Positions 53,901 through 64,000 of a stretch of 64,000 nucleotides of DNA are shown here, piece after piece; positions within the stretch are counted from its first letter, which is position 1, and each line of letters starts with the position of its first letter. The stretch is from Macrostomum hystrix (Eukaryota > Animalia > Platyhelminthes), in contig CATNEN010000003.1 of the NCBI GenBank assembly GCA_950097015.1, positions 2,790,001 through 2,854,000 on the forward strand, read 5' to 3'. Below the pieces are notes generated by a model. That model did not search any database, was not told the DNA's origin, and saw nothing but the letters and a program-made list of their open reading frames with translations. The position numbers and the translations under genes were made by a program.

Positions 53901-56900
53901 TGAAAGCGAGCCGCAGTGAAAAGCATTCTTCGTTAAAGTATTCGAGAAAATTCGCGTTTCTAAAGCGTCATCTTTTTATTTTGATTCGCAATTCGATAGC
54001 TTGCCAGCGCGTCTCGTCGGTGAATGCCTACCTGAGGGCGTCGAACGTCGGCAAGTGCTACGAGTTCCGAGTCACTGGAGTTCAAGGCGGCGTGGTGTGG
54101 GGCACTGACGTGTACACTTCGGACTCGAACTTTGGCTCGGCAGCAGTGCACACGGGTCTAATCAGAGCCGGAGAGACTCGCTACGTGCGCATCATAGTAC
54201 GCAGGGGTCGCAACTCGTACAGAGGAAGCGTTCGCTACGGAGTCAGCACTCGCAACTATGGACGCTGGGGTCTGAGCTACACCTTCGCTGGCCTTGGTGG
54301 AGGCGGCTCAGGCAGACCGCGTCCAAGACCGCAGCCGAGACCGCAGCCGAGACCACGTCCGAGTCATGGAGGTGAGTGCTGATGCTGCTGGCCTTGCGCT
54401 TCTAAACTGTGATTCCCGTGCAGTGTGTCAAATATTAGTTAACGACTAAAGTGGCATGTGAAAGCGAGCCGCAGTGAAAAGCATTCTTCGTTAAAGTATT
54501 CGAGAAAATTCGCGTTTCTAAAGCGTCATCTTTTTATTTTGATTCGCAATTCGATAGCTTGCCAGCGCGTCTCGTCGGTGAATGCCTACCTGAGGGCGTC
54601 GAACGTCGGCAAGTGCTACGAGTTCCGAGTCACTGGAGTTCAAGGCGGCGTGGTGTGGGGCACTGACGTGTACACTTCGGACTCGAACTTTGGCTCGGCA
54701 GCAGTGCACACGGGTCTAATCAGAGCCGGAGAGACTCGCTACGTGCGCATCATAGTACGCAGGGGTCGCAACTCGTACAGAGGAAGCGTTCGCTACGGAG
54801 TCAGCACTCGCAACTATGGACGCTGGGGTCTGAGCTACACCTTCGCTGGCCTTGGTGGAGGCGGCTCAGGCAGACCGCGTCCAAGACCGCAGCCGAGACC
54901 GCAGCCGAGACCACGTCCGAGTCATGGAGGTGAGTGCTGATGCTGCTGGCCTTGCGCTTCTAAACTGTGATTCCCGTGCAGTGTGTCAAATATTAGTTAA
55001 CGACTAAACTGGCCTGTAAAGGCGAGCCGCAGTGAAAAGCTTTTTCAGTTATAATATTCGAGAAAATTCGCGTTTCTAAAGCGTCATCTTTTTATTTTGA
55101 TTCGCAATTCGATAGCTTGCCAGCGCGTCTCGTCGGTGAATGCCTACCTAAGGGCGTCGAACGTCGGCAAGTGCTACGAGTTCCGAGTCACTGGAGTTCA
55201 AGGCGGCGTGGTGTGGGGCACTGACGTGTACACTTCGGACTCGAACTTTGGCTCGGCAGCAGTGCACACGGGTCTAATCAGAGCCGGAGAGACTCGCTAC
55301 GTGCGCATCATAGTACGCAGGGGTCGCAACTCGTACAGAGGAAGCGTTCGCTACGGAGTCAGCACTCGCAACTATGGACGCTGGGGTCTGAGCTACACCT
55401 TCGCTGGCCTTGGTGGAGGCGGCTCAGGCAGACCGCGTCCAAGACCGCAGCCGAGACCGCAGCCGAGACCACGTCCGAGTCATGGAGGTGAGTGCTGATG
55501 CTGCTGGCCTTGCGCTTCTAAACTGTGATTCCCGTGCAGTGTGTCAAATATTAGTTAACGACTAAAGTGGCATGTGAAAGCGAGCCGCAGTGAAAAGCAT
55601 TCTTCGTTAAAGTATTCGAGAAAATTCGCGTTTCTAAAGCGTCATCTTTTTATTTTGATTCGCAATTCGATAGCTTGCCAGCGCGTCTCGTCGGTGAATG
55701 CCTACCTGAGGGCGTCGAACGTCGGCAAGTGCTACGAGTTCCGAGTCACTGGAGTTCAAGGCGGCGTGGTGTGGGGCACTGACGTGTACACTTCGGACTC
55801 GAACTTTGGCTCGGCAGCAGTGCACACGGGTCTAATCAGAGCCGGAGAGACTCGCTACGTGCGCATCATAGTACGCAGGGGTCGCAACTCGTACAGAGGA
55901 AGCGTTCGCTACGGAGTCAGCACTCGCAACTATGGACGCTGGGGTCTGAGCTACACCTTCGCTGGCCTTGGTGGAGGCGGCTCAGGCAGACCGCGTCCAA
56001 GACCGCAGCCGAGACCGCAGCCGAGACCACGTCCGAGTCATGGAGGTGAGTGCTGATGCTGCTGGCCTTGCGCTTCTAAACTGTGATTCCCGTGCAGTGT
56101 GTCAAATATTAGTTAACGACTAAACTGGCCTGTAAAGGCGAGCCGCAGTGAAAAGCTTTTTCAGTTATAATATTCGAGAAAATTCGCGTTTCTAAAGCGT
56201 CATCTTTTTATTTTGATTCGCAATTCGATAGCTTGCCAGCGCGTCTCGTCGGTGAATGCCTACCTAAGGGCGTCGAACGTCGGCAAGTGCTACGAGTTCC
56301 GAGTCACTGGAGTTCAAGGCGGCGTGGTGTGGGGCACTGACGTGTACACTTCGGACTCGAACTTTGGCTCGGCAGCAGTGCACACGGGTCTAATCAGAGC
56401 CGGAGAGACTCGCTACGTGCGCATCATAGTACGCAGGGGTCGCAACTCGTACAGAGGAAGCGTTCGCTACGGAGTCAGCACTCGCAACTATGGACGCTGG
56501 GGTCTGAGCTACACCTTCGCTGGCCTCGGTGGAGGCGGCTCAGGCAGACCGCGTCCAAGACCGCAGCCGAGACCGCAGCCGAGACCACGTCCGAGTCATG
56601 GAGGTGAGTGCTGATGCTGCTGGCCTTGCGCTTCTAAACTGTGATTCCCGTGCAGTGTGTCAAATATTAGTTAACGACTAAACTGGCCTGTAAAGGCGAG
56701 CCGCAGTGAAAAGCTTTTTCAGTTATAATATTCGAGAAAATTCGCGTTTCTAAAGCGTCATCTTTTTATTTCGATTCGCAATTCGATAGCTTGCCAGCGC
56801 GTCTCGTCGGTGAATGCCTACCTGAGGGCGTCGAACGTCGGCAAGTGCTACGAGTTCCGAGTCACTGGAGTTCAAGGCGGCGTGGTGTGGGGCACTGACG

Positions 56901-59900
56901 TGTACACTTCGGACTCGAACTTTGGCTCGGCAGCAGTGCACACGGGTCTAATCAGAGCCGGAGAGACTCGCTACGTGCGCATCATAGTACGCAGGGGTCG
57001 CAACTCGTACAGAGGAAGCGTTCGCTACGGAGTCAGCACTCGCAACTATGGACGCTGGGGTCTGAGCTACACCTTCGCTGGCCTTGGTGGAGGCGGCTCA
57101 GGCAGACCGCGTCCAAGACCGCAGCCGAGACCGCAGCCGAGACCACGTCCGAGTCATGGAGGTGAGTGCTGATGCTGCTGGCCTTGCGCTTCTAAACTGT
57201 GATTCCCGTGCAGTGTGTCAAATATTAGTTAACGACTAAACTGGCCTGTAAATGCGAGCCGCAGTGAAAAGCTTTTTCAGTTATAATATTCGAGAAAATT
57301 CGCGTTTCTAAAGCGTCATCTTTTTATTTTGATTCGCAATTCGATAGCTTGCCAGCGCGTCTCGTCGGTGAATGCCTACCTAAGGGCGTCGAACGTCGGC
57401 AAGTGCTACGAGTTCCGAGTCACTGGAGTTCAAGGCGGCGTGGTGTGGGGCACTGACGTGTACACTTCGGACTCGAACTTTGGCTCGGCAGCAGTGCACA
57501 CGGGTCTAATCAGAGCCGGAGAGACTCGCTACGTGCGCATCATAGTACGCAGGGGTCGCAACTCGTACAGAGGAAGCGTTCGCTACGGAGTCAGCACTCG
57601 CAACTATGGACGCTGGGGTCTGAGCTACACCTTCGCTGGCCTCGGTGGAGGCGGCTCAGGCAGACCGCGTCCAAGACCGCAGCCGAGACCGCAGCCGAGA
57701 CCACGTCCGAGTCATGGAGGTGAGTGCTGATGCTGCTGGCCTTGCGCTTCTAAACTGTGATTCCCGTGCAGTGTGTCAAATATTAGTTAACGACTAAACT
57801 GGCCTGTAAAGGCAAGCCGCAGTGAAAAGCTTTTTCAGTTATAATATTCGAGAAAATTCGCGTTTCTAAAGCGTCATCTTTTTATTTCGATTCGCAATTC
57901 GATAGCTTGCCAGCGCGTCTCGTCGGTGAATGCCTACCTGAGGGCGTCGAACGTCGGCAAGTGCTATGAGTTCCGAGTCACTGGAGTTCAAGGCGGCGTG
58001 GTGTGGGGCACTGACGTGTACACTTCGGACTCGAACTTTGGCTCGGCAGCAGTGCACACGGGTCTAATCAGAGCCGGAGAGACTCGCTACGTGCGCATCA
58101 TAGTACGCAGGGGTCGCAACTCGTACAGAGGAAGCGTTCGCTACGGAGTCAGCACTCGCAACTATGGACGCTGGGGTCTGAGCTACACCTTCGCTGGCCT
58201 TGGTGGAGGCGGCTCAGGCAGACCGCGTCCAAGACCGCAGCCGAGACCGCAGCCGAGACCACGTCCGAGTCATGGAGGTGAGTGCTGATGCTGCTGGCCT
58301 TGCGCTTCTAAACTGTGATTCCCGTGCAGTGTGTCAAATATTAGTTAACGACTAAACTGGCATGTGAAAGCGAGCCGCAGTGAAAAGCATTCTTCAGTTA
58401 AAGTATTCGAGAAAATTCGCGTTTCTCAAGCGTCATCTTTTTATTTTGATTCGCAATTCGATAGCTTGCCAGCGCGTCTCGTCGGTGAATGCCTACCTGA
58501 GGGCGTCGAACGTCGGCAAGTGCTACGAGTTCCGAGTCACTGGAGTTCAAGGCGGCGTGGTGTGGGGCACTGACGTGTACACTTCGGACTCGAACTTTGG
58601 CTCGGCAGCAGTGCACACGGGTCTAATCAGAGCCGGAGAGACTCGCTACGTGCGCATCATAGTACGCAGGGGTCGCAACTCGTACAGAGGAAGCGTTCGC
58701 TACGGAGTCAGCACTCGCAACTATGGACGCTGGGGTCTGAGCTACACCTTCGCTGGCCTTGGTGGAGGCGGCTCAGGCAGACCGCGTCCAAGACCGCAGC
58801 CGAGACCGCAGCCGAGACCACGTCCGAGTCATGGAGGTGAGTGCTGATGCTGCTGGCCTTGCGCTTCTAAACTGTGATTCCCGTGCAGTGTGTCAAATAT
58901 TAGTTAACGACTAAACTGGCCTGTAAATGCGAGCCGCAGTGAAAAGCTTTTTCAGTTATAATATTCGAGAAAATTCGCGTTTCTAAAGCGTCATCTTTTT
59001 ATTTTGATTCGCAATTCGATAGCTTGCCAGCGCGTCTCGTCGGTGAATGCCTACCTGAAGGGCGTCGAACGTCGGCAAGTGCTACGAGTTCCGAGTCACT
59101 GGAGTTCAAGGCGGCGTGGTGTGGGGCACTGACGTGTACACTTCGGACTCGAACTTTGGCTCGGCAGCAGTGCACACGGGTCTAATCAGAGCCGGAGAGA
59201 CTCGCTACGTGCGCATCATAGTACGCAGGGGTCGCAACTCGTACAGAGGAAGCGTTCGCTACGGAGTCAGCACTCGCAACTATGGACGCTGGGGTCTGAG
59301 CTACACCTTCGCTGGCCTTGGTGGAGGCGGCTCAGGCAGACCGCGTCCAAGACCGCAGCCGAGACCGCAGCCGAGACCACGTCCGAGTCATGGAGGTGAG
59401 TGCTGATGCTGCTGGCCTTGCGCTTCTAAACTGTGATTCCCGTGCAGTGTGTCAAATATTAGTTAACGACTAAACTGGCCTGTAAAGGCGAGCCGCAGTG
59501 AAAAGCTTTTTCAGTTATAATATTCGAGAAAATTCGCGTTTCTAAAGCGTCATCTTTTTATTTCGATTCGCAATTCGATAGCTTGCCAGCGCGTCTCGTC
59601 GGTGAATGCCTACCTGAGGGCGTCGAACGTCGGCAAGTGCTACGAGTTCCGAGTCACTGGAGTTCAAGGCGGCGTGGTGTGGGGCACTGACGTGTACACT
59701 TCGGACTCGAACTTTGGCTCGGCAGCAGTGCACACGGGTCTAATCAGAGCCGGAGAGACTCGCTACGTGCGCATCATAGTACGCAGGGGTCGCAACTCGT
59801 ACAGAGGAAGCGTTCGCTACGGAGTCAGCACTCGCAACTATGGACGCTGGGGTCTGAGCTACACCTTCGCTGGCCTTGGTGGAGGCGGCTCAGGCAGACC

Positions 59901-62900
59901 GCGTCCAAGACCGCAGCCGAGACCGCAGCCGAGACCACGTCCGAGTCATGGAGGTGAGTGCTGATGCTGCTGGCCTTGCGCTTCTAAACTGTGATTCCCG
60001 TGCAGTGTGTCAAATATTAGTTAACGACTAAACTGGCCTGTAAAGGCGAGCCGCAGTGAAAAGCTTTTTCAGTTATAATATTCGAGAAAATTCGCGTTTC
60101 TAAAGCGTCATCTTTTTATTTCGATTCGCAATTCGATAGCTTGCCAGCGCGTCTCGTCGGTGAATGCCTACCTGAGGGCGTCGAACGTCGGCAAGTGCTA
60201 CGAGTTCCGAGTCACTGGAGTTCAAGGCGGCGTGGTGTGGGGCACTGACGTGTACACTTCGGACTCGAACTTTGGCTCGGCAGCAGTGCACACGGGTCTA
60301 ATCAGAGCCGGAGAGACTCGCTACGTGCGCATCATAGTACGCAGGGGTCGCAACTCGTACAGAGGAAGCGTTCGCTACGGAGTCAGCACTCGCAACTATG
60401 GACGCTGGGGTCTGAGCTACACCTTCGCTGGCCTTGGTGGAGGCGGCTCAGGCAGACCGCGTCCAAGACCGCAGCCGAGACCGCAGCCGAGACCACGTCC
60501 GAGTCATGGAGGTGAGTGCTGATGCTGCTGGCCTTGCGCTTCTAAACTGTGATTCCCGTGCAGTGTGTCAAATATTAGTTAACGACTAAACTGGCCTGTA
60601 AAGGCGAGCCGCAGTGAAAAGCTTTTTCAGTTATAATATTCGAGAAAATTCGCGTTTCTAAAGCGTCATCTTTTTATTTCGATTCGCAATTCGATAGCTT
60701 GCCAGCGCGTCTCGTCGGTGAATGCCTACCTGAGGGCGTCGAACGTCGGCAAGTGCTACGAGTTCCGAGTCACTGGAGTTCAAGGCGGCGTGGTGTGGGG
60801 CACTGACGTGTACACTTCGGACTCGAACTTTGGCTCGGCAGCAGTGCACACGGGTCTAATCAGAGCCGGAGAGACTCGCTACGTGCGCATCATAGTACGC
60901 AGGGGTCGCAACTCGTACAGAGGAAGCGTTCGCTACGGAGTCAGCACTCGCAACTATGGACGCTGGGGTCTGAGCTACACCTTCGCTGGCCTTGGTGGAG
61001 GCGGCTCAGGCAGACCGCGTCCAAGACCGCAGCCGAGACCGCAGCCGAGACCACGTCCGAGTCATGGAGGTGAGTGCTGATGCTGCTGGCCTTGCGCTTC
61101 TAAACTGTGATTCCCGTGCAGTGTGTCAAATATTAGTTAACGACTAAACTGGCATGTGAAAGCGAGCCGCAGTGAAAAGCATTCTTCGTTAAAGTATTCG
61201 AGAAAATTCGCGTTTCTCAAGCGTCATCTTTTTATTTTGATTCGCAATTCGATAGCTTGCCAGCGCGTCTCGTCGGTGAATGCCTACCTGAGGGCGTCGA
61301 ACGTCGGCAAGTGCTACGAGTTCCGAGTCACTGGAGTTCAAGGCGGCGTGGTGTGGGGCACTGACGTGTACACTTCGGACTCGAACTTTGGCTCGGCAGC
61401 AGTGCACACGGGTCTAATCAGAGCCGGAGAGACTCGCTACGTGCGCATCATAGTACGCAGGGGTCGCAACTCGTACAGAGGAAGCGTTCGCTACGGAGTC
61501 AGCACTCGCAACTATGGACGCTGGGGTCTGAGCTACACCTTCGCTGGCCTTGGTGGAGGCGGCTCAGGCAGACCGCGTCCAAGACCGCAGCCGAGACCGC
61601 AGCCGAGACCACGTCCGAGTCATGGAGGTGAGTGCTGATGCTGCTGGCCTTGCGCTTCTAAACTGTGATTCCCGTGCAGTGTGTCAAATATTAGTTAACG
61701 ACTAAACTGGCCTGTAAATGCGAGCCGCAGTGAAAAGCATTCTTCAGTTATAAGTATTCGAGAAAATTCGCGTTTCTCAAGCGTCATCTTTTTATTTTGA
61801 TTCGCAATTCGATAGCTTGCCAGCGCGTCTCGTCGGTGAATGCCTACCTGAGGGCGTCGAACGTCGGCAAGTGCTACGAGTTCCGAGTCACTGGAGTTCA
61901 AGGCGGCGTGGTGTGGGGCACTGACGTGTACACTTCGGACTCGAACTTTGGCTCGGCAGCAGTGCACACGGGTCTAATCAGAGCCGGAGAGACTCGCTAC
62001 GTGCGCATCATAGTACGCAGGGGTCGCAACTCGTACAGAGGAAGCGTTCGCTACGGAGTCAGCACTCGCAACTATGGACGCTGGGGTCTGAGCTACACCT
62101 TCGCTGGCCTTGGTGGAGGCGGCTCAGGCAGACCGCGTCCAAGACCGCAGCCGAGACCGCAGCCGAGACCACGTCCGAGTCATGGAGGTGAGTGCTGATG
62201 CTGCTGGCCTTGCGCTTCTAAACTGTGATTCCCGTGCAGTGTGTCAAATATTAGTTAACGACTAAACTGGCCTGTAAATGCGAGCCGCAGTGAAAAGCTT
62301 TTTCAGTTATAATATTCGAGAAAATTCGCGTTTCTAAAGCGTCATCTTTTTATTTTGATTCGCAATTCGATAGCTTGCCAGCGCGTCTCGTCGGTGAATG
62401 CCTACCTGAGGGCGTCGAACGTCGGCAAGTGCTACGAGTTCCGAGTCACTGGAGTTCAAGGCGGCGTGGTGTGGGGCACTGACGTGTACACTTCGGACTC
62501 GAACTTTGGCTCGGCAGCAGTGCACACGGGTCTAATCAGAGCCGGAGAGACTCGCTACGTGCGCATCATAGTACGCAGGGGTCGCAACTCGTACAGAGGA
62601 AGCGTTCGCTACGGAGTCAGCACTCGCAACTATGGACGCTGGGGTCTGAGCTACACCTTCGCTGGCCTTGGTGGAGGCGGCTCAGGCAGACCGCGTCCAA
62701 GACCGCAGCCGAGACCGCAGCCGAGACCACGTCCGAGTCATGGAGGTGAGTGCTGATGCTGCTGGCCTTGCGCTTCTAAACTGTGATTCCCGTGCAGTGT
62801 GTCAAATATTAGTTAACGACTAAACTGGCCTGTAAAGGCGAGCCGCAGTGAAAAGCATTCTTCAGTTATAAGTATTCGAGAAAATTCGCGTTTCTAAAGC

Positions 62901-63863
62901 GTCATCTTTTTATTTTGATTCGCAATTCGATAGCTTGCCAGCGCGTCTCGTCGGTGAATGCCTACCTGAGGGCGTCGAACGTCGGCAAGTGCTACGAGTT
63001 CCGAGTCACTGGAGTTCAAGGCGGCGTGGTGTGGGGCACTGACGTGTACACTTCGGACTCGAACTTTGGCTCGGCAGCAGTGCACACGGGTCTAATCAGA
63101 GCCGGAGAGACTCGCTACGTGCGCATCATAGTACGCAGGGGTCGCAACTCGTACAGAGGAAGCGTTCGCTACGGAGTCAGCACTCGCAACTATGGACGCT
63201 GGGGTCTGAGCTACACCTTCGCTGGCCTTGGTGGAGGCGGCTCAGGCAGACCGCGTCCAAGACCGCAGCCGAGACCGCAGCCGAGACCACGTCCGAGTCA
63301 TGGAGGTGAGTGCTGATGCTGCTGGCCTTGCGCTTCTAAACTGTGATTCCCGTGCAGTGTGTCAAATATTAGTTAACGACTAAACTGGCCTGTAAAGGCG
63401 AGCCGCAGTGAAAAGCTTTTTCAGTTATAATATTCGAGAAAATTCGCGTTTCTAAAGCGTCATCTTTTTATTTTGATTCGCAATTCGATAGCTTGCCAGC
63501 GCGTCTCGTCGGTGAATGCCTACCTGAGGGCGTCGAACGTCGGCAAGTGCTACGAGTTCCGAGTCACTGGAGTTCAAGGCGGCGTGGTGTGGGGCACTGA
63601 CGTGTACACTTCGGACTCGAACTTTGGCTCGGCAGCAGTGCACACGGGTCTAATCAGAGCCGGAGAGACTCGCTACGTGCGCATCATAGTACGCAGGGGT
63701 CGCAACTCGTACAGAGGAAGCGTTCGCTACGGAGTCAGCACTCGCAACTATGGACGCTGGGGTCTGAGCTACACCTTCGCTGGCCTTGGTGGAGGCGGCT
63801 CAGGCAGACCGCGTCCAAGACCGCAGCCGAGACCGCAGCCGAGACCACGTCCGAGTCATGGAG
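50987..63863 (+). CDS. Secreted multi-LCCL-domain protein (at least 23 domains); continues beyond the window
   Basis: Signal-peptide exon 50987-51068 (MKPHLSSVLFAIFVALNIAKSGNA); divergent LCCL exon 51173-51637; then 22 symmetric phase-1 exons of 372 nt (first 51768-52139, AG|CTTGC...GGAG|GTGAGT). LCCL signature VWGTDVYTSDS....AAVH.G.I...G....Y.GS.R.GV....YG.W. Confidence 0.85.
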
Positions 63864-64000
63864 GTGAGTGCTGATGCTGCTGGCCTTGCGCTTCTAAACT
63901 GTGATTCCCGTGCAGTGTGTCAAATATTAGTTAACGACTAAACTGGCCTGTAAAGGCGAGCCGCAGTGAAAAGCTTTTTCAGTTATAATATTCGAGAAAA
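51720..64000 (+). repeat. 558-bp tandem array (372-bp exon plus 186-bp intron), at least 22 near-identical copies
   Basis: ORF ends recur every 558 bp (52150, 52708 ... 63874), with a few 559-560-bp units. Confidence 0.98.

Noticed and set aside
51749-63874. 22 separate 120-160-aa single-exon genes, as the ORF track implies
   Set aside because: Starts are TTG/GTG in intron sequence or mid-exon, and stops follow a GTGAGT donor; the AG/GT-bounded phase-1 exon model with one upstream signal peptide fits better.

Overview
Eukaryotic, intron-containing, metazoan-type genomic DNA. The minisatellite-stuffed introns and Ala/Gln/Ser-rich exons are reminiscent of a flatworm such as Macrostomum, but that is inference only. 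Host genes: an ERICH2-like gene (121-807, -), a 4-exon SLC15/PepT oligopeptide transporter (2748-15044, -), a 5-exon canonical poly(A) polymerase (41560-46540, +), and a secreted protein built from one divergent plus at least 22 near-identical 558-bp intron+exon units, each encoding a very basic LCCL domain (50987 to beyond 64000, +). The main discovery is a ~21.8-kb DNA transposon at 16324-38079. It is bounded by ~3.3-3.5-kb near-identical terminal inverted repeats (CACCCGTG...CACGGGTG) that contain a C-rich/G-rich 10-mer satellite. It carries two convergent, spliced genes that the ORF track shows only as fragments: a 10-exon Kyakuja-Dileera-Zisupton (KDZ)-type transposase with N-terminal Cys/His (CxC) domains, and a 6-exon HMG-box-like accessory gene. 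A Tc1/mariner element (TA TSD), a Penelope fragment and SINEs are nested in its non-coding parts. The window also has a hAT-type MITE with 8-bp TSD, a decayed LINE fragment, two tRNA-derived SINE families and many minisatellites. Gene models were reconstructed by eye from splice sites and codon phase; no database searches were run.
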